Part shown: positions 37,712 to 59,700 of the stretch, piece after piece
Layout of the letters: each line of letters opens with the position of its first letter
Position numbering within the stretch: the first letter of the stretch is position 1
Origin: Heteronotia binoei
Taxonomy: Eukaryota
Assembly (NCBI RefSeq): GCF_032191835.1
Contig: NC_083237.1
Location: forward strand, 62,141-126,000
Length of the DNA: 63,860 nt
Reading direction: 5' to 3'
The notes under the pieces: generated by a model
The model's database searches: none
What the model was told of the DNA's origin: nothing
What the model saw: only the letters and a program-made list of their open reading frames with translations
Position numbers and translations under genes: made by a program

Positions 37712-37985
37712 GCACCAGTTTGGTGTGGTGGTTAAGTGTGCGGACTCTGATCTGGGAGAACCTGGTTTGATTCCCCACTTCTCCACTTGCAGCTGCTGGA
37801 ATGTTGGGTCAGCCATAGCTCTGGCAGGAGTTGTCCTTGAAAGGGCAGCCCCTGTGAGAGCCCTCTCAGCCCCATCCACTTCACAGGGTGTCTGTTGTGG
37901 GGGAAGAAGAAATAGATTGTAAGTTGCTCTCAGTCTCTGATTCAGAGAGAAGGGCAGGGTATAAATCTGCAGTCATCGTCTTCTT
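37712..37985 (+). mobile_element. Squam3-like SINE
   Basis: Head cagtttggtgtggtggttaagtgtgcggactc...ggtttgattcccc; 3' end ...gtataaatctgcagtcatcgtcttcttct. Confidence 0.8.
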
Positions 37986-37989
37986 CTGC

Positions 37990-38570
37990 CATGCTGTGTG
38001 ACAGATGAGCTTACGAAGAATGCTGTTGGTGGGGTTTGCCTGGATTTCAGTAGAGCTTTAGTCAGGGTTCCCCATGACATTCTGATGGGTAAACTGGAGG
38101 ATTGTGGGCTGGACTCTAGGATAGTGGATAGGGAACTGGTCGGAGAAACACACTCAAGGAGCAGTTGCCAGTGGCATTTCGTCTGAATGAAGGGAGGTGT
38201 CCAGTAGGGGGCCAGAGTGCTTAGTTCTGGGGCAGGTTCTTTTCAATATTTTTAGCAGTGATCTGGATGAGGGTGTGAAGGGGCTACTCATTAAATCTGC
38301 AGATGACACCACACTGGGGGGAGCAGCAAATACAGCAGGAGGTGTAGATTTCAACGAGACCTGAGCATGCTGGGAAAGTGGGTAGAAGTGAACAAGATGC
38401 AATTTAATAAGCGCCAAGTTCTACATAAACAACACACATACTGGATGGGGATACGCTTCTGGGCAGCACTGCGTGTGAACAAGATCTTAAATTAAATGTG
38501 AGCAGCCAGTGTGATGCAGCAACAAAAAAGGCAAGCGCCATCCTGGGGTGCATCAACATATGATTCTATT
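37990..38570 (+). mobile_element. Old CR1 LINE fragment
   Basis: Degenerate LDFSRALVRVPHDIL, SRGPECLVLGQVLFNIF and ADDTTLGG-type RT motifs. Confidence 0.75.
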
Positions 38571-38764
38571 TTCAGGGTGTAACTGAAAACAATGATGTTC
38601 TTGCCTCATAAAGCCGGGGTCCCACTTGGGGTGATGCAAAGTCACTGGCCTTTCTGTGACTGGCTCCATTCTGTGGCTGTGGTCGCTCCCTTGTGCCCTG
38701 CTCTCCGAAAGGCTGGCAATCCCCTAGAGAGTCACGAATCCCAGCCCTCTGCCACAAAGCCACG

Positions 38765-39478
38765 CTATGGTCCATGGCTCTTTGCCCCGAGGCTGCCAGC
38801 ATCGCCCTGCTCCTCCCCGTGCCCCTCTCTGAAGACCTGGAATGGCGCCCCGTGGCCAGGCACGATCACGTCAGCTATGCGCAAAGCATATGCCCGGCTG
38901 GCCTCCTGCCGCAAGGGGTCTTGGCTCAGCGGCTGCCACTCCCCCTCGTCCCCCTGGCGCTCAAAGAGGTCTCCGGCCACCAAGACGTGGCCCAGGCTGG
39001 TGCCCCGCACCATCAGGCTGACGTCGTGCCCCGAGTGGCCAGGGGTGGGCAACACCTCCAGGTGCCCGGCATGCAGGACGTAGGGCAGGCCTTGGCGCAG
39101 TCCGGTGGGGAGGTAGCGTCCGTCGGGCCGGCTGAGGTCGGTGCCCACGATCAGGTCGGCGTGCGGGAAGAGGTTGAGGTTGCCCACGTGGTCCGAGTGC
39201 CCGTGGGTGCACACCACGTGGCGCACGTCCCCGGGAGAGACCCCCTGCTCCGCCAGGCGGGCCAGCAGGCGCTCCCGGCCCCAGGGCCCCCCGGTGTCCA
39301 CCAGGGTGAGGTGCGGCCCCCCCCGGACCAGGGAGATGGTGCAGTCGGCCCAGGTGCCGCCGTCGGGAAGCCCCCTGGCGTAGCCCTCCTGCAGGACCCG
39401 CACCGAGTAGGGGGAGCCGGGGATGAGCGGCCCAGCCAGGGGGGCCGTCCGGGCACGGGGCGGCGGCTCCATCGTCAT
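38765..39478 (-). CDS. MBLAC1: Metallo-beta-lactamase domain protein 1, intronless, ~237 aa
   Basis: [38 protein letters not shown] (HxHxDH), PTPGH, VAGDLFE, VIVPGHG. Confidence 0.95.
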   Translation of the reverse strand: MTMEPPPRARTAPLAGPLIPGSPYSVRVLQEGYARGLPDGGTWADCTISLVRGGPHLTLVDTGGPWGRERLLARLAEQGVSPGDVRHVVCTHGHSDHVGNLNLFPHADLIVGTDLSRPDGRYLPTGLRQGLPYVLHAGHLEVLPTPGHSGHDVSLMVRGTSLGHVLVAGDLFERQGDEGEWQPLSQDPLRQEASRAYALRIADVIVPGHGAPFQVFREGHGEEQGDAGSLGAKSHGP

Positions 39479-39757
39479 CCGGAGGCGGTGGCGGCTGCGA
39501 CTCCCAAGGCCTTCAAGAAAGACGGGAGGAGAAGAGTGGGGCGGTGGGGCAGAGGCACAGAGGGGGCGGCTGGAGAGAGCAGAGCGGGGCGGCGGGACTT
39601 GCCTCCCCTTCCTCACGCAGGGCCTGGCGAGGGGGTCCGAGTGGCCCCGGGGAGGGCGGAAGGGGCGGGAGTCTCCGTGGCCGCTCTAGGCGCCGCCCTC
39701 CTCGCTGCTGGCGGCTTCCGGGGCTGCGCGCAGGCGCAGAGCGGCTCTCGGGGGGCG

Positions 39758-49137
<9,380 letters not shown>

Positions 49138-49409
49138 GGCCTGGGGAGGGCCAGGCTGAGGGCACTTTGGAGCCCCACGTCAGCATCTCTCTCACGCAGC
49201 AAGGGGCAGCTGGCTGTCACGGGGGGGGGGGGTCAAAGGCATGTGTCTGTGTGCAGGGAGGGGGGCTTGTACAGTCCCTATGTAAATACAGTCCCTTTGG
49301 TACGTCTGCCTCCAGTGGTTGTTGCTGCGCCAGGGGTGGGATCCCTTTCCTGACTGCACTTCGCTTTGGCTGCCCGCCTTCCCACAACCTCCCCACACAG
49401 CAGCCCCGT

Positions 49410-49690
49410 GGTGCAGTGTGTTAAAGCTGCAGTACTGCAGTCCTAAGCTCTGCTCACGACCAGCATTTGATCCCTGGCGGAAGCTGCGTTTTCAGGTAGC
49501 CAGCTCCAGGTTGACTCAGCCTTCCATCCTTCCAGGTCGGCAAAAGGAGTCCCCAGCTTGCTGGGGGGGGGGGGAGTGTAGAGGACTGGGGAAGGCAATG
49601 GCAAACCGCCCCGTAAAAAGTCTGCCGTGGAAACGTTGTGAAAGCAATGTCACCCCAAAGTCAGAGATGACTTGTGCTTGCTCCTTCGGT
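49410..49690 (+). mobile_element. Sauria-type SINE
   Basis: Same family as 5249-5435 (gtggtgcagtgtgttaaagctgcag head; gcaatgtcacccc..gagatgact..gtgcttg 3' part). A partial minus-strand copy lies at ~54370-54500. Confidence 0.7.
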
Positions 49691-50037
49691 AAAGGGAGCT
49701 GAGGTTGCTCTGTTGTTGTGGGGGTGGGGGAGGTGCAGAGGAGGCTGAAGCAGAGCAGGGGGTGGTGGGCACGTGGGATGGCCCTCCCCCCCGGAATTCT
49801 GCAGGCAGAGTAACAACAGCTGCTGGAGTTTTACTTTTTCTTCTTCTGCAGAGAAGTACACTTTAGAGCAATTGCCCCTTTCCTCCCCCACCTCCAGGAG
49901 CTCTCCCCTGGCAAGCTGGAGGGCGGTGGGCAGAGAAGGCGTGTCCACTTTCCTGGCAGGCAGGCGGGTGGGCTTTCCAGGGGGGCTGCGGAGAGCGCCT
50001 TCCTCGGCGGCGGCTGTTGCTTGGTCCGAGGGGGCGG

Positions 50038-50705
50038 CTACGGGAGCCAGGCGGGGCGCTGGGGAGCGGCGCGGCTGGGGAGGCGCCGCCGGGCGTCGTA
50101 GATGACCTGGCCCAGGGGCCCTCGGGTCGTGGCACCTCCGCGCGCCTCCCGCAGCAGGGCCGAGACGAGAATGCGGGCCGGAGGGGGCGAGGCGGGCCGG
50201 GGGAGGGCGGCCAGCCAGGCGCTGGAGTGCTCCGAACTGCGGGGCGGCGGCGGCGGGGTGGGGCGGCGGGCGGCGCAGCAGCTGGGGGCGGCCCGCGGGG
50301 GGAGTCCTCCTGCGGGGGGGGGAGAGGAGAGGCTGAGCGGCCGCCCAGCAAGGGGGGGTGGGGGGGGTCTCGCTCTGCCCGACGGCCAGCCCTACGACTC
50401 ACCTGGAGGAGGAGCAGCCGGGCGGCGCGAAGGTCTCCGGTGCGATGCCCGCGGGGGCGGCCGGCGGCGGCGTCGGAGCTGGGGAAGAGAGAGGGGGGGG
50501 GGTTGGAGCTTGGGGGGCGGCAGGCAGGCAGGCCGGCCGGCCCCGTCCGAAGCGGAGGGAAAGGACGGCCCTTCCAGCAGCGCCCCCCCCGGCCCCCTCT
50601 CACCAGGGCTAGGGCGTGGCAGGCGATGGAGAGCAAGACCAGGGCGCCGAGGACGCCGAGCACCCACCCCCCGGCCTCCGAGCACGCGCCCGCGGGCCCC
50701 ACCAT
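50038..50705 (-). CDS. Uncharacterised single-pass membrane protein (3 exons, 149 aa if this ATG is the start)
   Basis: Exons 50604-50705, 50403-50478 and 50038-50309 with strong GT/AG sites and consistent phases (0, 1). GCC-ATG-G context. Hydrophobic WVLGVLGALVLLSIACHALAL followed by LRRRRR. Confidence 0.6.
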
Positions 50706-53700
50706 GGCCGGGAGGGAGGAGGCGAGCGGCGGGCCCGGGGCTGCATTGTGAGGTGGGCGTGAGCTCACAGGGGCGGGGGGGGGGGAGTTGGGGGCCCCGA
50801 GTCAGCCCGCCCGCCTGGCTGGCTCTGCGGACCCGGGAGGGAGCGCCGGGGGGGGGGGAGCCGTTTGGGCAACCAGGCACCCGCCTACGGGCCCGCCCAC
50901 CTTTCGGGGGCCCCGGGCGGCTTCCCAGCCCAGCCAGCAACTCTGCGCGGCTCGTCGCCCGACTTGCCTGCGGTGGCTCCATTTGCTCCTCCCGACCTGC
51001 CTGCCTCTCGCCGGCAGGCGGGCGGGCGCTCCCACCAGAGACCGCGTGCCAGGAGCGCGCGGAGATTTGGGCTGCCTGCGGGGGGGGGGGGGCGGCTTTC
51101 CTCCTGCCTCCCGCGCTGGATGCGGCCCCCCCGGAGGCAGGAGAAGCGGCTCTTGGTGGGGTCGAAGCCTCCCGGGCATCCCAAACCAGCGGTGCCGCCA
51201 CCTGCAGCGGGCCTGTCTTCGCCAGCAGAGCCTCTTGGAAGACCCCGGCCTTCCGGCTGCCCCCCCCCCCCCAAACCCGCAGGCTCTCCAATAAAGAGGG
51301 ACCGGAGAAGGCGCGGCGGTCCTGGCCAAGCAGGAGAGCAGAGCTTGGGCAGGCGGGTCTGCAGCTGCCGGGGGGGAGGTGTCCTGCGGGGGCCCTGCCT
51401 CCCCTCCCCACTGCAGGGGTGGGGGCTGGGGGTCGCCCCCTCTCCGCAACGAGACCCCCAGGAGCAGCTGCCGCCCCTCCCCTCCCCTTTAAAGGGCCCT
51501 CGAGTGGGGGCGGGGGGAGGACATGCCGGTGGCTGCTGCAGGGAAACGGCCCGTCCTTTCTTCGCTCTCCGGGAGCCAGGAAGGCAAAGAGCGCCGCTCT
51601 TCCAAGTAGCCCGGGAGCTGCAAGCGTCATTCATGCAGGGATGGAGGGGCGCTTGCTTTGTTTTCTAGCGTCCCAAGTACCTTTTCTCTTGATCTTTTAG
51701 ACTAGTAAACTTTATTTCTTTCGGTAAGCATAAGTCTTGTCTCCATGTTTGCCCCCACCTCCCCTCTGGTTTGAAACAACCCCCCCCCCCCTGCTTTCCC
51801 CCCAGCAGAAGGGCCCCTAGAATCCTGGACTCACCGGGCTGGAAGGGACCTCCAGGGCCACCTCGTCCAACCCCCTCACAAATTGTTACTGATGTGATTA
51901 ATTCGGTGTGCGAGCAGGAGCTCGGCTTCCCTCGGCCTCTAGGCAAAGAAGATGGAAAAAACCTCCAGGACCCCTGGCCCTCAAGTGGCCACCAGCGTTC
52001 CCTGGGCACGAGAAGTCAGCCCACTCCTCCTCTGAGGAGTCCATCATTCGGGCGGCGGGGGGAGGGGCTTGGCTTGTCAGCTGGCCCCTGCCTTCGACCC
52101 TGCAGATCCAGGACCCTGCAGCCTCCAGGCTGGGCTACTGTGGCGCCCTCCAGATGGGGCTGGCTTGGGAGTTGCACCAGCTGTGCCTTCAAGGTGCCCT
52201 TTCCCTGCTGTGGGGCGGGCTGAGGCCCTTGCGGCCAGCCCCTCTCCTGAGATGGCCTGTCACCAGAAACGAAAGGGAGGGAAGATCCTGCAGGTCAACC
52301 GGGGAGAAGAAACAACCAGCACCACCGCTGTTCAGACCGCTATGCAGATACACACAATCAAGTCTTTCTCATCCTCTCTTTTTTCTTTCTTTTGGGTCAT
52401 ATGATATGGTTTGTGGCCCAAAACCAGTATTCAATATTCAATAGTTCCTACTGATCCCACCTTATGTCATTAACGTTTGTCTGTCTGCAATGCGGTAGAG
52501 ATCTTTGAAGCCAATAAAGATCCAGTCAAAACGTGATACAAGACCGGAGAAAACATCATCTTTTGGCTTTTGGGACTTTGCATGAACAAAGGTCTGCTCC
52601 TTAAGCAACTGGTGAAGCAGAGATGTTGACGGAAGAGGAGATCATTTCCGCAGGAGTGAGGCCTACCTATCTGTGTTGTTAGGGCCCGCCCTGCCGTTAG
52701 GCAAACTAGTTGATTGTCTAGGGCGCCTACCTTCTGGGGGTGCCCAATTGGGCAGTGGCTCAATGGCGTTATCTGTGCAGGGGCGAGGGGCCAGAATCCT
52801 AGAGTTGGAAGGGACCTCCAGGGTCATCTAGTCCAACCCCCTGCACAATGCAGGAAACTCACAGGCACCTCCCCCTAAATTCACAGGATCCACATTGCTG
52901 TCAGATGGCCATCCCGCCTCTGCTTAAGAACCTCCAAGGAAGGAGAGCCCCCCACCTCCCCAGGAGGACGCCTGTTCCGCAGAAGTTGGCCTTGCCGGGT
53001 GCCGGACACTCTAGGGCCTGCCCGGGTGCTCTCGGTGTGTTTTTGCAGGGACGGGTGGTGCCGGTCCAGTGAGGACACAATCCTTGCTGTTCTCCCGGGT
53101 GGGTGGGTCGGAGCGGGAGCCCTGCTTCTGTCCTTGCAGAGGAGGAGACTTGGCTGGGGTGAGGGGGGGGGGGGTGCAGGTCCGCCATTCCTAGGAAAGA
53201 GCCAGACCGCTACTCTGGCTGGGTGGGATTCATATCTTCCAATGCAGAACTCACGTCTTTGCAGCCTTCCCCTTCTCTGACCCAAGGGCCACTGAGCAGC
53301 TAGTGGTGTGTTCCTCGGGAGTTTTGGTTTGCTTTGGAGGGGGGGGGGGTTAGACAGTATGGGGGTTAGGCAGAAATAATCTTGGTGGTGTTTGGGAAGG
53401 GGGGTGTTCCCTGATGGCTCTCGGCACCTTATAGGCTGTTTAAGAAGCACTCCTGTTTTTGCCCGGTTGCTGCAGAATCCACAGGGGGTCGGGAGAAGTT
53501 TAGGCCTCTGCGCCACGTGTGTGCGGGGGGGGGGGTATCTCCCCCAATGTCTCCTCTTGTGTGCATCAGGACCGGCCTCTCCCTCCCCACCCCCTCTCTG
53601 TCTTCTCTCTGCCTGCCCGACTTCCTTCTCGCTGCCGCCGTGCCCGGGGTGGGCAGAAAGACTTCCCCCTCTTTCGCCATAGCCCCATTGCTCAATCTGT

Positions 53701-53785
53701 CACACAGGCGGCTACGGCGGCCCCGGACCCCAGAGCCCTTCCTTCCTTCCTTCCTTCCTTCCAGAAGCGCCCCCCCTCGCAGGCC

Positions 53786-56700
53786 ATGCGGCTGCTGGCC
53801 CCGATCCTCCTGGCTCAGCTCCTGCTGCGGAGAGGTAGGTGGGGAGGGGGCCCCTGGGGGAGCTGCGACCTTCTCTTTCCTCGGCTGGCCTTGGCCCTGG
53901 GGAGAGGGAGGGGGGACCTCAGGCCAGCCCCCCTGCCGCCCCCTCTTGGCCTGCTCTTGCCGGCCAGAGCCCGGGAAGCCATGGGGGCAGCGGCAGTCCG
54001 AAGGGGAAGAGGAGGAGGAGAGGGCGAGTTCTAGCCGCGCAGCCGGAGGCCTCAGCCCGGGGGGGGGGAAGGGGGGTGGGCGGAGGGTATCCCGGCCCAG
54101 AGAGACAGGCGGACAGAAGGCGCCCTTGGGCTGCCGCCGCCGCTGCTCCAGCCCGGTGACGGCGGAGGACGCCCTGCCCTCGCTCCCTCCTGCTGCTGCT
54201 GCGGGTGAGAAGAGCGGCTGACCTTGCAGGGTGGTGGGCAAGCGGGAAAGAGCCCGCTCTGGAGGGGCTGCAGCGCGCCTTCTTGGAAAGGAAAGGTCCC
54301 CTGTGCAAGCACCAGTCGTTTCCCACTCTGGGGCGACGTTGCTTTCACGTTTTCATGGCAGACTTTTCTTCACGGGGTGGGGACTCACTTGACCGACCTC
54401 GGAAAGATGGAAGGCTGAGTCAACCGGCAGCCGACTACCTGAAAACCCAGCTTCCGCCGGGGATCGAACTCAGGTCGTGAGCAGAGCTTAGGACTGCAGT
54501 ACTCTTGGGGAGCCACTAAAGCAGGCCGCCCCCGCCTCCTTGCTACAAGCACCTTCGCTCCCACAGACCCCCGGGAGGGAGCGAAAGGCGCGCTTGCCTG
54601 CCTGCCTGCGCAAAAGGGGGGAGGGGGCAAGAGGTCCCCGAAGGGCCAGGATGGGCCGTGGTCGGTGACCGAGGGTTGGCAGGCGGCGGCCGGGCCAGAG
54701 GCCTCCCCCCCCAGCACCCCCCACACACGCTCCCCCAAAGGGAAAGCAAAGTGGGCGGCACCCACCCACCCAGGGGCCAGCAGCAAGGCCCAAGGGGAAA
54801 GGCTTCCTCGGGGCTAGGGCGGAGGAGGGCAGACTGAGGCGACCACCTGGTGGGACGAGAGCGCAGCCGCTGCGCCCTCCCCCCTCCGCATCTCCCCCTC
54901 CCACTTTTCCTTCCGGGCTCCCAGCTCGGGCCACTGCTGCGCCAGGGCAGGAAAAGCGAAGCCCCCACTCCCTCGGCCCCTTGCGGGGAGGGAGAGCTCT
55001 GTGGCCCCAGACAGGCCGCCCCTCCAAGGATCCCCCCGCGGCTCTTCTGGGCTGGAAGTGACTCGCCCAGCAGGGGTGCAGCCCCGAGGGCGGGAAGCGT
55101 CTGCTCTGCTGAAAAGAGGGAAGTGAAGCATTTGGGTGAAAACAAAAGAGAAAATGCCTCCGAGATGTGAAACTGTGGCCTCCCAACAGCTACATGGCTA
55201 AAAACCGCCCCGGCCGGCGGCGAGTCTCCCCTTCTTCTTGCCCCAAACAAAGAGCCAGAAAACTGTGCAATATAGAAGAGATGCTAATTCTAGAGACAAG
55301 AGACGAAGTGACCAACAGAAAGGTCAGGGGTCACTTAATTAGGATGCTCAACTCCCCCCAGACTTCCCACCCTGACTAGATTCGACAAGGTAACTTCCTC
55401 CTAGCTAACGAACTAACCGCCTCTCGCGCCCTGATGGCTGCACTGTGAGCGCCTTGCAAGCCACTGGGGGGGGGGGGGTGTCTTCCTTGAGCCACTTGGC
55501 CGGGGCTCCTGGAGAGGCCGTCTTTGGGCATGGAGCGGGCCCCTCCCTGGGGGTGCACGTGGGCGGGGGGGGGGGTAGTGGTGAATGTCCTGAATTGTGC
55601 AGGGGGTGGGACCAGGTGGTCCTGGAGGCGTCTCATCCCCCCTCCCATTTCTCCCCAGTGAGACAAGGCGGGATCTCAGAGAGAAGGGCTCCTCTCCAAG
55701 CGCTGGGAACGGCTGGCCGCTTCTTCCGCTCTGCCCCCCCTGCCCCACCTTGTCCCATGGGGGAGAAATGGGAGGGGGGCTATTAGAACCCTCCAGCGCC
55801 ACCTGGTCCCACCCCCTGCGCAATGCAGGACATTCACCACTACCCCCCACCCCCCGCCCACGTGCACCCCCAGGGAGGGGCCCTGCTCCTGCCCAGAGGT
55901 CCCCTCCCCGGGCTCAAGGCAGCTCGCCCCAACAGCAGGAACAGCAATTGCAGCCCCCGCCGTCCACAATAATCCCCCCTTCCTAAATGCAGGGAGCGAA
56001 GGCCCCCAACTCTCTGGCCCCCCAGGCAAAGCTAGCTTCTGGTGCTCCCCTTGCGCTGAGAAGGTCACCGAGTCACCTGGGGGGCAGGCAATTGTGCAAG
56101 GGCCGGCCTTGAGCACAACACCCGGGGGGGGGGGCAGGGGGTGAGAAGGGTCCGATGGGCGAGCACGTGGGCCAGGAGGAGCCGGCTGACATCAGAGGCT
56201 GGGACTTGTGAAAAGGCTGCCCCCCCCCCCCAGTAAAACTTGCCAGTCCTGGGCAAGAAGGGTTGAGATTCTTGTGGACCAAATGGCAGGAAGTGGGGTG
56301 GGGGAGGGACACTGCATGCAGAAGTGGCCAGAAGCCAGAGCCAAGAGCGGTGGGCTCTACCCCGCCTGCTTGGGCACAGGGACCCCGGGGCGATCTCCTT
56401 TGCTCGGGCACTATCTGAGGCAGCCGGCCGGCCAAGGAGACACGAACCAGAATGGACAGGGAAGAGCTCCGGGGCGGGGGGGCGGGGACTGGGAGGGGGG
56501 CATCGTCTGGCAGATGAGGCCCACGATGGGCGAGGCAGTAGAGCGGGCGGTGGCCACACAGCGGCAGCCTTTCTTGGAGGAAGCCAAGGCCCCCCTGGGT
56601 CCCTTCCCGTCCGGTTTCCGCCCAACCCATGGGACGGAGACGCCCGGTGTTGGCTGCCTTGGCGGATGATCTCCGAAGGCATCTGGAAGGAGGCGGATCG

Positions 56701-59700
56701 GCGATTCTGGGGCTGCTCTCCTTCCTTCAGGGCTGGGGCAGAGGGTGGCGCTTGGGGGTGAGTTGTCCCAGCGGCACTCACTGGGTTGTGGTGTGCCACC
56801 GGGAGCGGTTCTCTCCCCAGTGTGCCCCGTCGCTCAGACGGTTCGGAGATTCTGATGACACCCAGCTCTATCTGCTAAGGGGTGGCTGCCAGAGAGCATC
56901 CCTTTCAAGGACAACTCCAGAGCGTTTGGCTGGAGCCTTGGAAGCCGTGGCTGGATGGTTACGACAGAGCTGGCTGAAACTGAATCCAGCAAAGACAGAG
57001 GTCCCCTGGCTGGGCCCTGAGCTGGCCCTGACACTAGGCAAACTAGGAGACTGCCTAGGGTGCCACCCTTCTGGCGGTGCCAAATTGGGTGCTCCCCCTT
57101 TGTGTCGCTGACATCATACATGCAGGGTGGGGGTGGCAGGAGCCTTGCCTCGGGTGCCCTGCGGGGCGTGTGGGACTGGGAATGGGGGTCAAGCTGCCAT
57201 CTCTTTATCAATGATTTGGATGAAGGAATAGAGGGGATGCTTATTAAATTTGCAGATGAGACGAAATTGGGAGGGGTTGCAAACACAGAAGACGACAGAA
57301 ACAGGATATAGGGTGACGTTGACAGGCTGGAAAACTGGGCTAAAACCAATAAAATGAATTTTAACGGGGATAAATGTAAAGTTCTGCATTTAGGTAGGAA
57401 AAATCCAATCCATGGCTATAGGATGGGGGAGACTTGTCTCAGCAGTAGTATGTGCGAAAAGGACCTAGGGGTCTTAGTGGATTATACGCTGAACATGAGT
57501 CAACAGTGTGGTGCGGTGGCTAAAAAGGCAAATGCAGTTTTGGGCTGTATCAACAGAAGTATAGTGCCCAGATCACGTGATGTGATGGTATCACTTTACT
57601 CAGCTCTGGTAAGACTTCACCTAGAATATTGTGTTCAGTTTTGGGCACCACATTTTAAGAAGGATCTAGACAAGCTGGAACAGTCCAGAGGAGGGCGACG
57701 AAGATGGTGAGGGGTCTGGAGACCAAGTCCTATGAGGAACGGTTGAAGGAGCTGGGCCTGTTTAGCCTGGAGAGGAGGCGGCTGAGAGGTGATAGGATCA
57801 CCATCTTCAAAGACTTGAAGGGCTGTCCTAGAGAGGAGGGTGTGGAATTGTTTTCTGTGGCCCCGGAAGGCAGGACCAGAACCGATGGGTTGAAATTAAA
57901 TCAGAAGAGCTTCCGGCTCAACATTAGGAAGAACTTCCTGACGCGGTTCCTCAGTGGAAGAGGCTTCCTCCTCAGGAGGTGGTGGGCTCTCCTTCCTTGG
58001 AGGTTTTTAAACAGACACTAGATGGCCATCTGACAGCAATGGAGATCCTGTGAATTTAGAGGGAGGTGTTTGTGAGTTTCCTGCATCGTGGAGAGGGTTG
58101 GACTATATGACCCTAGAGGTCCCTTCCAACTCTATGATTCTTGACGGGGCTCCTTTAGTGCCACCGTCGAAGGTTAAGAGCCTGGGGTATTCCTGGATGC
58201 CTCTCTGACTATGGAAGCCCAGGCCACATCATAGAATCACACAGAGTTGGAAGGGACCTCTAGGGTCATCTAGTCCAACCCCCTGCTCTCTCTCTCTCTC
58301 TCGGCTTGACTTCACGAACGAAGATTTAAGAAGGGTGCAGTAGTCCACGTCTGCTGCAGGCTCGCTGGTGGCTGACAAGACCAATGCGGGACAGGCAGAT
58401 CCGGCAACAGTGGCTGCAGGGAAAAGTCTGATTTGGGGTTGGTGCTGTAGCAGTGCGATTCTTCCTCAATCTCCTTTTGTCCTCAAGACCAGCTATGCGT
58501 GCATTCTCAAAGGAAGAGACAGCCTGGTGGATGGTATGCCTCCATGCTTTGCGATTTGCGGCTAAGTCAGACCACTGGTGGTGGTTGATGCGACAGGTGC
58601 CAAGGGATTTCTTCATGGAGTCCTTGTACCTCTTCTTTGGTGCCCCTCTATTTCGATGGCCGGTGGAAAGTTTGCCATACAGAGCAATCTTGGGAAGGCG
58701 GTGGTTTTCCATCCTAGAAATATGCCCTGCCCAGCGCAGCTGCGTCTTAAACAGCAGTGCCTCGATGCTTGTAACCTCCGCCCTCTTGAGGACTTCAGTG
58801 TTGGTCACAAAATCACTCCAGTGGATGTTGAGGATGGTGCGAAGGCAGTGCTGATGAAAGCGCTCAAGGAGTCACAGGTGATGACGGTATAAAACCCACG
58901 ATTCGGAGCCATAGATGAGGGTTGTCATCACAACCGCTTTGTAAACATTGATCATTGTGCCTTTTTTCAGATGCTTGTTGCTCCACACTCTTGTGCAGTT
59001 GGCCAAATGCATGGTTTGCCTTTGCCAGCCTGTTGTCAATCTCCTTGTCGATCTTGGCATCTGAGGAGATGATATACCCCAGGTAGCTGAACTGCTGGAC
59101 TGTCTTCAGAACTGATTCACCCACAGTGATGCAGGGAGGGTGATAATCTTCCTGGGGTGCAGGCTGGTGGAGAACTTCTGTCTTCTTCAGACTAACTTCT
59201 AGGCCGAATAGCTTGGCAGCCTCTGCAAAGCAGGACGTCATATGCTGCAGAGCTGATACCGAGTGGGAGACGAGTGCAGCATCATCAGCAAACAGTAGCT
59301 CTTGGATAAGTTTTTCCATTGTCTTGGAGTGAGCTTTTAGTCGCCTCAGGTTGAACAGGCTGCCATCAGTGCGATAGTGGATGTAGACACCATCGTCATC
59401 ATCTAGATCTACTGCGGTTCTTTGAAGCATCATGCTAAAGAAGATCGTAAAGAGAGTTGGCGCGAGAACGCAGCCTTGCTTTAGACCTGTGCCTATTGGG
59501 AAGGGCTCCGAGAGGTCGTTGCAGTGTCTGACTTGACCTCGCTGGTCTTCGTGTAGCTGGATGATCATGCTGAGGAACCTTGCGGGACATCCTAAATGTT
59601 CCAAGATTTGCCACAGGCCTTTCCTGCTAACGGTATCGAAAGCTTTGGTAAGGTTGACAAAAGTCACATATAGACCCTTGTTCTGTTCCCTGCATTTCTC

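Noticed and set aside
50102-51700. 532-aa plus-strand ORF, with an AATAAA at ~51289
   Set aside because: Low-complexity GC-rich translation antisense to the spliced TM gene; the poly(A) hexamer alone is insufficient.
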